DNA of 63,747 bases, filler included, from Octopus bimaculoides (GCF_001194135.2; 6 parts of 6 records of this genome joined end to end with filler, not necessarily neighbours in it), one strand, 5' to 3'; counted from the first letter of the whole stretch, positions 26,149-37,195 are shown. The notes: generated from the sequence alone by a model not told the origin. Numbers and translations: made by a program.

Positions 26149-26248
26149 NNNNNNNNNNNNNNNNNNNNNNNNNNNNNNNNNNNNNNNNNNNNTTAATTAA
26201 TTAANNNNNNNNNNNNNNNNNNNNNNNNNNNNNNNNNNNNNNNNNNNN
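26149..26248. other. Scaffold-join spacer (44 N + TTAATTAATTAA + 44 N)
   Basis: The identical 12-mer, a six-frame stop linker, also sits at 38312, 50872, 61094 and 62621, each inside a 100-bp N block. Confidence 0.95.
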
Positions 26249-26363
26249 ATATGTTATAAAGGTTCAATTACCAATATAAATATGTGCTAATTGATAGTCC
26301 TAGATGACCATAATAGAAGTAAAGTACTATAATCTGATAACTTTAGTTACTTAAATAAAAGGC

Positions 26364-26625
26364 CTATTTTTTAAAAAATTTAAAAGTGCGAGTAGAGCAG
26401 TGTACACATGATACCCTAAGGTCTAATCTATTATTGATTAGATTAGGATTATTTCTAAGTTTAAAAATTTCATATATCTCCATAGAACACAATTCACATC
26501 CATATCTATTATTTCTATAAGGTTGAGCTTTTCTTATAATTTCCCATTTAAGGCTAAAATTAATACCATTATCTTTTAACTCCCAAATTTTACTTGCCAA
26601 TGTCGTACTATTTGCCTTATGTATA
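26364..26625 (-). mobile_element. Penelope-like GIY-YIG C-terminal fragment
   Basis: NSTTLASKIWELKDNGINFSLKWEIIRKAQPYRNNRYGCELCSMEIYEIF...NLINNRLDLRVSCVH matches the T.LS.YIW.LK...I.W.I...A.PY....C.LC..E....LN.R.E....C.H pattern. Confidence 0.88.
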
Positions 26626-26639
26626 TATAGATATATATA

Positions 26640-26790
26640 GGGAGAATTCACAAAAAAACAACAGACGAAGATAGGTGATTTAGAAAACAAACAGATGTAT
26701 TAGTATAACGCTCAGGAAGTGAAAAAGTCTTTAATGTTTCGAGCCTACACTCTTCCACAGAAAGAAACAAGGAGAAAAAAAAAATGTGTT
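26640..26790 (-). mobile_element. PLE terminal (pLTR-like) repeat containing a variant hammerhead-like motif at 26728-26765
   Basis: Minus strand: TCTTT-CTGTGGA-A-GAG-TGTAGG-CTC-GAAA-CATT-AAAGA. It lies directly 5' of the GIY-YIG fragment on the same strand. Confidence 0.55.
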
Positions 26791-27098
26791 TAGTGGTTAG
26801 CGATCTATCATGGTGAAAAAAATGTATATATATATATAGGTATGTATGTGTATAAATATATATATGTATGTATGTATATGTGTGTGTGTGTATGTGTATA
26901 AATATATATATATGTATACACACATGCACGTGCACACAGACACAGAAACTCAGGCAAAAATACGATTGGTTCGACTAAAGGTGGTGCTTCAAGTTGGCTG
27001 CAATCAAATGACTGAAACAAGTAAATGAGTGAATGAAACAAAATACAAAGAAAATATAATTATTCATCATGAGCAATATTGTGTGAAAGATGAGGTGA

Positions 27099-27811
27099 TT
27101 AACCCTTTTGATACCAACCTACCTGAAACCACCTCTGGCTCTGTAGTATGTCTTGTTTTCAAAAGTTCTGGATTAAAATCTTCCACCAAACCTTAGTCAC
27201 AATTTATGTTTCAAACACTAGTTTAATGATAACTCTTTGTTATATTTAAAACGAATTGAAAGAAACACAGAGCATCTCAACAGAAATATGGTAATAAAAT
27301 GGTTAAGATATATAATAGAGAAACAATTCTTAACCCTTTTGATACCAACCCGGCTGAAACCACCTCTGGCTCTGTAGTACAAATGTCTTGTTTTCATAAG
27401 TTTTGAATCAAAATCTTCCACCAAACTTTAGTCACAATTTATGTTCCTAACACTAGCTTAATGATAACTAAGTTATTTTACTAAATTCTTTGTTATATTT
27501 AGAATTAATTGAAAGAAACACAGAGCAACTCAACAGAAATAGGGTAACAAAAGGGTTAAAATATATAATACAGAAACAATTCTTAACCCTTTTGATACCA
27601 ACCCAGCTGAAACTGCCTCTGGCTCTGTAGTACAAATGTCTTGTTTTGATAAGTTCTGAATTAAAATCTTCCACTAAACCTTAGTCACAATTAATGTTCC
27701 TAACACTAGCTTAATGATAACTAAGTTATTTTACTAAATTCTTTGTTATATTTAAAATTAATTGGAAGAAACACAAAGCATCTCAAAATAAATACGGTAA
27801 CGAAACGGTTA
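27099..27811. mobile_element. Three tandem TTAA-flanked MITE copies (piggyBac-like) separated by a repeated 23-bp spacer
   Basis: TTAA|CCCTTTTGATACC...GGTAACAAAAGGG|TTAA units start at 27099, 27330 and 27583. Spacers GATATATAATAGAGAAACAATTC (27307-27329) and AATATATAATACAGAAACAATTC (27560-27582). Confidence 0.9.
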
Positions 27812-28124
27812 CTGCTTTGTTTTAACAGTATGCCAGGTCATCATGATCACCATATTGGGTTGGATGGCTTGGGGTGTTTTAAGAAACCCAGTGTCATTAC
27901 AGAAGAGCATTTTGGGAAATCTTGTAACATAGCTAGGAGGCAGGTGGGAGGCAATGGGGGTGGTAGACTGTCCTGGGCTGATGTGAGTAGAGTGTCTTTT
28001 ATGGAAGTGGGGTAGCTTTTTTAGTGTGCTGTATAAATAGATCTGTAAGGGGGGGGAGGAAGGAAAGGGGAGGCACTCTCAGAGCCAGTCCCAGCTGGCA
28101 CACGCTCGCTGGTGTTATGGCACT

Positions 28125-28765
28125 GGCACAGACGTGGCTGTGTGGATAAGCTTGCTTCCCAACCATGTGGTTTTCGGTTCAATCCCATTGCAAAACACCA
28201 AGGGGAAGTGTCTTCTGCTGTAGCCCCAAATCAATGTTTTTGTAACTGGATGATTTGGTAGACAGAATTTGAAAGAAGCCATTGTATATGTGTGTGTGTG
28301 AGTGAATGTATGTTTATGTGTGTGTGCGTGTGTGAGTAAATACGTGTGTGGTGAATGTGTGTACGAATGTGCTTGTGTGTGTGTATGTTCATGTGTCTGT
28401 GTGCACGCACGCACATGTGTGTGCATGTGTAGTGTGTGTGGGTGTATGTGTGTTCATGTGTGTGTGTGCATGTGTAAGTGAATATGTGTGTGAGTGTGGT
28501 GAATGTGTGTGTGTGTGTGTTTGTGTGTACCATTGTACATCATGTGCTGGTTGTAAAGGAGCATTAATTGTCATAAAAGCAATGTGGTTCATTCCCAGTC
28601 TTCTGTGAAGAAACATATCTGGCTGTCGGGGGGAGGGTGAGAAATATTACCTTGGCTCAGAAACAGGTGAGGGTTGGTGACAGGAAGGGTATCCGGCCGT
28701 AGAAAATCCACTTCAACAAATTCAATCTGATCCATGCAAGCAGGAAAAGTGGATGTTTAAACGAT
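28125..28765 (+). mobile_element. tRNA-head SINE with internal (GT)n and an RTE-type 3' tail ending in (GAT)n
   Basis: The head GTGGCTGTGTGG...GGTTCAATCCCA is shared with family A. The 3' end GGAAGGGTATCCGGCCGTAGAAA...CCATGCAAGCAGGAAAAGTGGATGTTTAAACGATGATG parallels the RTE end at 34470-34600. Confidence 0.75.
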
Positions 28766-29314
28766 GATGATATTGATGATGATGATGATGATGACAATGA
28801 TGAAGATGATGACAATGGTGATAATGATGATTTGATGATGAAGATGGTGGTGACAACAATGATAATGGTGATGATGATAATAGTGATGACGATGATGACG
28901 ATGATAAATGATGATGATGGTGATGATGATGGTGGTGATGATGGTGATGATTGAGGTGTCAACTATGATGATGTTGATGATGGTGATGACGACGATTTTC
29001 CTTTGAGTGCACAGGACATGAAAATCCTGTTACTTTATCATCTACCAGCTGTTTTGGGCTGAGGTGGACAGTGGTCAGCTGAAGTACTTGGGTTATAGCT
29101 TAAGGACTTCCAGAAACTTATCACAGTTATTTTTTTTTTCTTTCTTTCTTTTGAACTTTCTTCTGCTTTTTAAATGATCCAGGGTTTTCTTTCTGGTTTT
29201 CTTTTTTTTTTCTCCATTGAGAGTTGGCAGCAGTGGAAGTGAGGGAACGGAAACAGAAAAGCACCAAGTGTAAAGAAGGAAAACAAGCATGCACACACAC
29301 ACACACACACACAC

Positions 29315-29840
29315 AGAGGGGGAGAGGAGATAGCTAGACAGAGAGAGAGGGGGGATAGAGAGAGGAGGAGGCAGGGTGAGAGAGAGAGACAAAGCGAGAG
29401 AGAGAGAGGGAAACAGAGGGAGGAGAGAAAGTTAGGCAGAGAGAGAAAGGAGGCAGAGTAATAGAGGGAGAGGGAACCAGAGAGAGGAAGAGGCAGGGTA
29501 AGAGAGACAGAGAGACAAAGAGAGAGGTAGCCACAGAGATAGAAAGGAGGCAGGGTAACAGAGAGAGAGAGGGAACCAGAGAGAGAAAAGGGGAGAGAGA
29601 GAGAGTTAGGCACAGAGAGAGAGGGAAACAGGAGGGGAGAAAGCTAGGCAGAGAGAGAGAGAGAGAGTTAGATAGACAGAGAGAGAGAAGTAGGTTGAGA
29701 GATGGTGACAGAGAAGAGGGAGAGGGCTAGACAGAGAGAAGGTGAGAGAGAACTAGACAGACAGAGAGAGGGAGCAGAGAGTGGGAGAGAACTAGACAGA
29801 AAGAGAGAGGGAGCAGAGAGAGAGAGAAATAAATATAGAG
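29315..29840. repeat. About 520-bp polypurine (GA-rich) complex satellite
   Basis: Almost entirely A/G on +, with repeated subunits (GGAGGCAGGGTAA, GAGGGAAACAG, GAGAGAACTAGACAG). Confidence 0.9.
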
Positions 29841-30016
29841 CAAGAGGCTTGAGATCCAAGTGAATGAGCCGAAGTGATTATGGTTTGTGTGCGTCAGCCA
29901 TTAAAAAGCAGATGAGAGTGACTCATTCTGTTTGTCATATCAAAAAGTCATCTAATTAAATACTTAATGATCTTATGTGTGTGTGTGTTGTTATTTATTT
30001 GATAAATGCTACAACT

Positions 30017-30181
30017 GGCGCAGGAGTGGCTGTGTGGTAAGTAGCTTGCTTACCAACCACATGGTTCCGGGTTCAGTCCCACTGCATGGCACCTTGGGCA
30101 AGTGTCTTCTGCTATAGCCTCGGGCCGACCAAAGCCTTGTGAGTGGATTTGGTAGACGGAAACTGAAAGAAGCCCGTCGTA

Positions 30182-30222
<41 letters not shown>

Positions 30223-30421
30223 TTGTCCCCCCACCATTGCTTGACAACCGATGCTGGTGTGTTTACATCCCCGTAACTTAGCGGTTCGACTAAAGAGACC
30301 GAAAGAATAAGTACTAGGCTTACAAAGAATAAGTCCTGGGGTCGATTTGCTCGACTAAAGGCGGTGCTCCAGCATGGCCGCAGTCAAATGACTGAAACAA
30401 GTAAAAGAGTAAAAGAGTAAA
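30017..30421 (+). mobile_element. Full-length tRNA-derived SINE, family A
   Basis: GGCGCAGGAGTGGCTGTGTGGTAAG (A-box-like), GGTTCAGTCCC (B-box), internal (TA)n/(TG)n, and tail GTAAAAGAG x2. Other copies at 30699, 31867(-), 40935, 41505(-), 46105, 52990(-), 53650(-) and 62677. Confidence 0.9.
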
Positions 30422-30471
30422 CTGTATTACTGTTTCCATTCTTTTCACACACACACACACACACGTGGCTG

Positions 30472-30513
<42 letters not shown>

Positions 30514-30698
30514 TTATTGATGAAAATGTTTGTAGATTCCAATAAAACTTTTTCAAAAATACGTATTTTGTAACTTTTTCATCCACACAATGTATGTATG
30601 TGTGTGTGTAGAGAGAGAGAGATATATATAGACATTATGAATATCTCTTTCTGTCTATCTGTCTCTCTCTCTCTCTATATATATATACAATATTATGT

Positions 30699-30872
30699 AG
30701 GTGTGGCTGTGTGGTAAGTAGCTTGCTTACCTACCACATGGTTCTGGGTTCAGTCCCACTGCATGGTACCTTGGGCAAGTGTCTTCTACTATAGCCTTGG
30801 GCCAACCAAAGCCTTGGGCCAACCAAAGCCTTGTGAGTGGATTTGGTAGACGGAAACTGAAAGAAGCCCGTC

Positions 30873-30935
<63 letters not shown>

Positions 30936-31015
30936 CTCTTTTACCTGTTTCAGTTATTTGACTGTGGTCATGCTGGAGCACTGACTTTAGTTGAACAAAT
31001 TGACCCCCAGCACTT
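30699..31015. mobile_element. Family A SINE 5' half (+) with an internal 17-bp tandem duplication, followed by a reversed 3' fragment
   Basis: GCCTTGGGCCAACCAAA occurs twice at about 30794-30827. Reverse tail TTTACTCTTTTACCTGTTTCAG at about 30932. Confidence 0.75.
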
Positions 31016-31189
31016 ATATATATATGTACACACACACAGACACATACATACATACATACAGACAAATACTGGTGCAGCCATTTGTGTCACTATACATTAT
31101 TAGGTCCTCTGAGATCCTCTTAACTAGCATGTGATGTGCGATTCCGCTGTTGCAGTTGGACGAGTAAGCTGGGTGTTGGCTTGTGAACC

Positions 31190-31440
31190 AGGACCCCATC
31201 CTTAGTTAGTCAGTCAGTCGGCCCAATAGATGTTTAGAATCCCTCTCAGGTTGCATAGTTGGAAGGCGTTGAGACACAGCTCTTCTTTGCAGTTGATGTT
31301 CCAAGTCTCACTGCCATACAACAATGTACAGAGGACACAATATTTATGCATTGCAACCTTGTAGTGCTTAATTACCTACGTTGCTGTTCTATGAGGGATT
31401 TTTGTTGCCAGCCTCACTAGTGTTGTGGTAGTTCTTTCAA
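31190..31440 (-). mobile_element. RTE (BovB-like) LINE ORF2 fragment
   Basis: KVAMHKYCVLCTLLYGSETWNINCKEELCLNAFQLCNLRGILNIYW (compare YxACVLSTLLYGSETW...LNAFHLRCLRRILxIxW). Confidence 0.8.
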
Positions 31441-31466
31441 TGTGTCAGTTGATGTCAGACTCTAGA

Positions 31467-31820
31467 CCAACAGTTCTTAATTAGGATCCATGTGGCCCTT
31501 TAGGGTCCAGATAAGATTTTGTTAAAATTCAAGTGAAATAAATTGGTTACAGTTCTACAATACATAAAATATTTTAACAAATTTTTAATACAATTTCTAA
31601 TAATATTTAATTATAAAAATATGTCATGTAACTTACACTGCTTGAAACTGGTGCCAACATTTGTATCCTGTTAAAAATAACTGCTATAAAGAGAATTTAC
31701 TGAAGTAAGAGCTAAGTTCTCTGGCTGTGTGGTACGACATTTGCTTCCTAACCATATAGTCCACCAGAATAAATTAGTAATCGAAGGGGTTCATAGATAA
31801 GAAATGGTGGAGAACCCTTG
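31467..31820 (+). mobile_element. hAT-like MITE (decayed CAGxGGTTCTCAA-type ends) carrying a foreign insert
   Basis: The left end CAACAGTTCTTAA and the right end GGTGGAGAACCCTTG are imperfect inverted termini. The interior includes a SINE-head fragment (TGGCTGTGTGGTAC...TTGCTTCCTAACC). Confidence 0.55.
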
Positions 31821-31866
31821 AACTGAACAGTGGCTATACTGTGTTGTTGTTTAAAGACTTTTAGTC

Positions 31867-32205
31867 TGTTGTGTCTTTTATTTTTTACTTCTTCCAGTCA
31901 TTTGACTGTGGCCATGGTGCAGCACCACCTCAATTTGAACAAATTGACTCCAGGACTTATTCTTTGTAAGCCTAGTACTTATTCTATTGATCTTTTTTGA
32001 TGAACTGCTAAGTTATGGGGATGTAAACACACCATCGGTTGTCAAGTGATGGTGGTAGGACAAACACAGACACACAAACATGCACACACACACACACACA
32101 CACATATACGACTGGCTTCTTTCAGTTTCTGTCTACCAAATCCACTTGCCCAAGGTGCTACGCAGTGGGACTGAACTGGGAACCACATAGTTGGGTAGCA
32201 AACTC
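31867..32205 (-). mobile_element. Family A SINE, internally deleted
   Basis: Reverse tail and body CCAGTCATTTGACTGTGGCCATG... through GCAGTGGGACTGAACTGGGAACCACATAG. Confidence 0.8.
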
Positions 32206-33050
32206 TTACCATCATCATCATTTAACGCCTGCTTTCCATGCTGGCATGGGTTGGACAGTTTGACTGAGGACTGGCAAGCCATGAGGCTGGACCAGACTCC
32301 AATCTGATCTGGCAAGGTTTCTACAGCTGGATGCCCTTCCTAATGCCAATCACTCTGAGAGTGTGGTGGGTGCTTTTTACTTGCCACCAGCATGGGGGCC
32401 AGTTAAGCAGGCCTGGCAACAACCACGCTCGAATAGTGCTTTTTACCTGCCGCCAGCACGGGACCAGTCAGGTGGCACTGGTATCAACAACACTCGTATG
32501 GTGCTTTGTACATGCCATCAGCACGGATCCCAGTCAGGCGGTATTGGCATTGGCCACGACAATGATTGAAGGGTACTCTTAAATGGGCTGGTTATGTGAC
32601 ACTGGCATAGGCCATGGTTACAGTCTCACTTGGCTTGCCGGAGCTTCTCAAACACAGCATATCTCCAAAGGTCTTGGTCACTTGTTATAGACTCTGTGAG
32701 GCCTAACGTTCAAACATTGTGCTTCACCACCTCATCCCACGTCTTCCTCTTCCACAGGTTCCCTTCACTGTGACACTTTTCGACACAGCTGTCCTCACCC
32801 ATACGCAACACATGACCATACCAGTGCAGTCATCTCTTTTACACATCACATCTGATGCTTCTTATATCCAACTTTTCTCTCAGGGTGCTTACACTCTGTC
32901 GTGAATGCACAATGACATTACACATCCAGCGGAGGATACTAGCTTCATTTCTTGCAAGCTTACACATGTCCTCAGCAGTCACAGCCGTGTAGCATGACTG
33001 TCCATACACATGTGTCATACAGTCTACTTCTCACTCTTAGTGAGAGGCCC
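32206..33050 (-). mobile_element. RTE LINE 3' end (ORF2 C-terminus, 3'UTR, (GAT)n tail)
   Basis: Minus strand: LSLRVRSRLYDTCV...AVTAEDMCKLARNEASILRWMCNV...LHWYGHVLRMGEDSCV...RKTWDEVVK. The UTR ends AACCCATGCCAGCATGGAAAGCAGGCGTTAAATGATGATG. Confidence 0.9.
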
Positions 33051-33069
33051 TATATATATATACACACAC

Positions 33070-34600
33070 ATATAGACGAGTGGTTGGTGAGAGCTGTACA
33101 TGCCATGTACAGGGATGCTGTCAGTAAAGAGAGGGTTGGCAATGAGTATAGTGAAGAATTCAGGGTACAAGTAGGGATTCACCAAATATCAGTCCTTAAC
33201 CCCCACTTGTTCATCAGCAATAAGAGAGGAATTTAACTTGGGCTACACCTGGAAGCTCCTCTACACTGATGATCTTGCTCTGATAGTTGAATTGCTACCA
33301 GAACTAGAGAGGAAGTTTCAGGTGTGGAGGCAAGATCTAGAATTGAAGGGCCTTACAGTTAACCTAGCAAAAACCAAAGTCTTAATAAGAAGGAAATCAG
33401 ACAAATCTCAAATCCCCTCAGGTAGATGACCCTGCTTGACCTGTAGGAAAAGTGTAGGTAGAAATTCAATAAGATGTACCCAGTGTAAGCCATGGACACT
33501 GAAGAAGTGCAACAATATCAGAGGAAGGTGAACAGGGAAACTAGTTTTTTTGTGTGGCAGATGTATAGGTACAATAAACACTAAAAATGTACAGAAAATA
33601 GACTCCATCAAATGCCAGAAGTAGTTGTTATAGCTTCTATTACCTAGGTGACTAAGTCAGTAGCGGAGGTGGATGCTCCGAGAGCATGGCTGCTAGAATA
33701 AGAAATAGGTTGGGCCACATTCAGAGAGCTCCTATCTCTGTTGGTAACAAAGGCCTCTTCCTCAGAGTGACAGGAAGGTTGTATGATGCCTGTGTGCAAA
33801 CAACTATGCTACACAGCAGTGAAACATGGGCTGTGACTGCTGAGGATATGCATAAGCTTCCAGGAAATGAAGCAAGAATGCTTTGTTGGATGTGTAATGT
33901 TAGTGTACCTGCACAACAGAATGTAAATGTCTTAAGAGTAAAGTTGGGCATAAGAGGCATCAGATGTGGTGTACAAGGGAGACAAATTTGCTGGTATGGT
34001 CATGTGATGCATATGGATGTGGACAGCAGTGTAAAGAAGTGCTGATCTCAACCAGTGGAAGGAAGCTGTGGAAGAGGGAGACCCAGGGAAACAAAAAACA
34101 AGCTGGTGAAGCATGGTCTTCAAATGCTGGGCTTCATGGCAGCAATGACTAGTGATTGAGACATTTGGCAAAATGCTGTGCTTGTGAAGATCCATCAAGC
34201 CAAGTGAAATGTGTAATCATAGCTGTGGCTGTTATCAGTGTCATGTAACTGGCACCTGTGCCAGTGGAACATAAAATGCACCTTTTGAGCACTGGGCCTC
34301 ACGGAGGCAATAACAAATGACTGAGACCTTTGGCAACATGCTGTGCTTGAGAAGGAAAACCCATTAAGCCGAGTGAAATCGTAGTCGTAACAGATTCAGG
34401 TGTCATGCAACTGGCACTCATGCTGGTGGCACATGAAAGTACCCACTACACTCTCAGAGTGGTTGGCATTAGGAAGGGCATCCAGCCATAGAAACCATGC
34501 CAGATCAGACTGGAGTCTGGTGCAGCCCCTCATCTTACTCGCCTTGGTCAAACCATCCAACCCATGCCAGCATGGACAACAGATGTTAAATGATGATACA
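33070..34600 (+). mobile_element. 5'-truncated RTE LINE (RT to 3' end)
   Basis: EWLVRAVHAMYRDAVSKERVGNEYSEEF; WKLLYTDDLALIVE (YADD motif); LYDACVQTTMLHSSETWAVTAEDMHKL...WYGHVMHMD. The UTR ends CCAACCCATGCCAGCATGGACAACAGATGTTAAATGATGAT. Confidence 0.93.
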
Positions 34601-35322
34601 ATTGGGTTCTTTTAGTTTCAAAATTCCTTTTCTTTTCTTTTTTTCCATATATTTCCTTGTGCTGTTTGAATTATGTAAAATGTTAGAAAAAGAAACCCAG
34701 CTGTTTCTTGCAATACAGACTAATACATATATCTAAAGGAGGGGTTCTCCACCATTTCTTATCTATGGACCCCTTCGATTACTAATTTATTCTGGTGGAC
34801 TATATGGTTGGGAAGCAAATGTCGTACCACACAGCCATAGAACTTAGCTCTTACTTCAGTAAATTCTCTTTATAGCAGTTATTTTTAACAGAATACAAAT
34901 GTTGGCACCAGTTTTAAGCAGTGTAAGACGAAAGATATCCAAAATGGAGGCCAGCACTTACAAGTACTTCTCCATTCAACACAATCACCGGCTTTGTTTA
35001 TTTGCTTTTCTTTTTTGTCATTTTCACAAAAAAAAGCTCTTTATATTTTTAAGAGATTCCAATTTTGCAGGATATAAAAAAAAATTTCTCACGAAAATAT
35101 ATATGTATAAAATNNNNNNNNNNNNNNNNNNNNNNNNNNNNNNNNNNNNNNNNNNNNNNNNNNNNNNNNNNNNNNNNNNNNNNNNNNNNNNNNNNNNNNN
35201 NNNNNNNNNNNNNNNNNNNNNNNNNNNNNNNNNNNNNNNNNNNNNNNNNNNNNNNNNNNNNNNNNNNNNNNNNNNNNNNNNNNNNNNNNNNNNNNNNNNN
35301 NNNNNNNNNNNNNNNNNNNNNN

Positions 35323-35384
<62 letters not shown>

Positions 35385-35390
35385 ATACTA

Positions 35391-35913
35391 TATTTTGAAA
35401 TAATAGCATGAAATTTAATATAAAAAAAAATTTCTCACGAAAATATATATGTATAAAATAGTATTGTATTAAAAACATATGAAAATATATGAAACATGAC
35501 AGTTCAAAAATTTGGATTACCAAGATGAATTTACCAAGGATATATATATATACAAACTTGAAATTTTCTTACCAAAGTCTATCTGCATAATTCAAAACCA
35601 GTAAATTTTAATCTATTTTTCAAAAATACTTTCTCATATTTTTTTCTAATTTTAAAACAACATTTGATACATTATAAAAACTTTATCTTCTCCATCTCTG
35701 ATGAGCGGAAGTATTGTCTATCAATGTGTGTCAACAATGGATTCCATTATAATGACAATACTTTCATGTAACGATTGTAAGATTCCTTAATTGAATTTTT
35801 AAGCTGTCATGTTTCATATATTTATATATATTTTTAATACAGTACTATTTTAAATATATATCTTCGTGAGAAACTTTTTTTGATATTAAATTTCATGCTA
35901 TTATTTCAAAATA
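35391..35913. repeat. Fold-back with about 120-bp AT-rich inverted arms (35391-35512 / 35794-35913)
   Basis: TATTTTGAAATAATAGCATGAAATTTAATAT...GAAACATGACAG matches the reverse complement of the right arm with scattered substitutions and small indels. Confidence 0.9.
35694..35783 (+). ncRNA. Decayed type-I hammerhead motif inside the fold-back loop
   Basis: ATCT-CTGATGA-GCGGAAGTATTGTC-(35 nt)-GACAATACTTTCAT-GTAA-C-GATT-G-TA-AGAT. Stem I is 4 bp, stem II is 14 bp with one mismatch, and GAAA has become GTAA. Confidence 0.6.
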
Positions 35914-36014
35914 CAGTATATATAATCGCTCATATTAATGTCTAAATACTTTATAGTATTAATATTTTTGACTTTTTATACAAAGAGCACGAATTATAAA
36001 TTCAGTGTATAATA

Positions 36015-36245
36015 TTTAATTCGTTATTGCCCACAGGAGGGAGCTAAACACAGAGGGGACAAACAAGAACAAAAGGACTAAGTCGATTACATTGACACCA
36101 GTGCGTAACTGGTACTTATTTAATCGACCCCGAAAGGATGAAAGGCAAAGTCGACCTCGGCGGAATTTGAACTCAGAACGTAGCAGCAGACGAAATACCG
36201 CTAAGCATTTCGCCTGACGGGCTAACGATTCTGCCAACTCACAGC
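36015..36245 (-). mobile_element. SINE, family B, near full length
   Basis: GGTACTTATTTAATCGACCCCGAAAGGATGAAAGGCAAAGTCGACCTCGGCGGAATTTGAACTCAGAACG...GCTAACGATTCTGCCAACTCAC. Confidence 0.85.
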
Positions 36246-37195
36246 CTTCATTCAGTGTATAATATTCTAACAGAATATATTTAATTAATGATATGCACAC
36301 ACACCTCTCACATACACAATACTCACTCACATACAAAACACACGCATGCACGAAAACATACACAATATACACAGACCCGCACGCACAAAATATATACACA
36401 CGTGCACGGACACACACATACAGACACACATAAACACACACACGCACATCCACACACATACACACACACGCACATACACATACACACGCTTCTCACCAAC
36501 ACAACACACTCACACAGACACGCATACAATCACACACACATGGGCATAAACAACACATGCACATACAATAGCAAACGCACACACACACACGTACNNNNNN
36601 NNNNNNNNNNNNNNNNNNNNNNNNNNNNNNNNNNNNNNNNNNNNNNNNNNNNNNNNNNNNNNNNNNNNNNNNNNNNNNNNNNNNNNNNNNNNNNNNNNNN
36701 NNNNNNNNNNNNNNNNNNNNNNNNNNNNNNNNNNNNNNNNNNNNNNNNNNNNNNNNNNNNNNNNNNNNNNNNNNNNNNNNNNNNNNNNNNNNNNNNNNNN
36801 NNNNNNNNNNNNNNNNNNNNNNNNNNNNNNNNNNNNNNNNNNNNNNNNNNNNNNNNNNNNNNNNNNNNNNNNNNNNNNNNNNNNNNNNNNNNNNNNNNNN
36901 NNNNNNNNNNNNNNNNNNNNNNNNNNNNNNNNNNNNNNNNNNNNNNNNNNNNNNNNNNNNNNNNNNNNNNNNNNNNNNNNNNNNNNNNNNNNNNNNNNNN
37001 NNNNNNNNNNNNNNNNNNNNNNNNNNNNNNNNNNNNNNNNNNNNNNNNNNNNNNNNNNNNNNNNNNNNNNNNNNNNNNNNNNNNNNNNNNNNNNNNNNNN
37101 NNNNNNNNNNNNNNNNNNNNATATAATAATATTAGGAATAAAATCCAAAATTAGATTTTTTTTAGTTGGATGCCCTTCCTAACACCAACCATTTA

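Larger units (their letters stand above)
31632..34927. repeat. 186-bp inverted duplication (31632-31817 / 34742-34927)
   Basis: Base-by-base comparison gives 5 mismatches in 186 bp (about 97%), with no indels. Confidence 0.95.

Noticed and set aside
27099-27811. Repeat-spacer pattern resembling CRISPR
   Set aside because: The repeats are over 200 bp with TIRs and TTAA, the spacers are nearly identical, there are no cas genes and the DNA is eukaryotic.
30017-30110. tRNA-like sequences with A and B boxes
   Set aside because: They are SINE heads continuing into SINE bodies, with no complete cloverleaf, so no tRNA gene is called.
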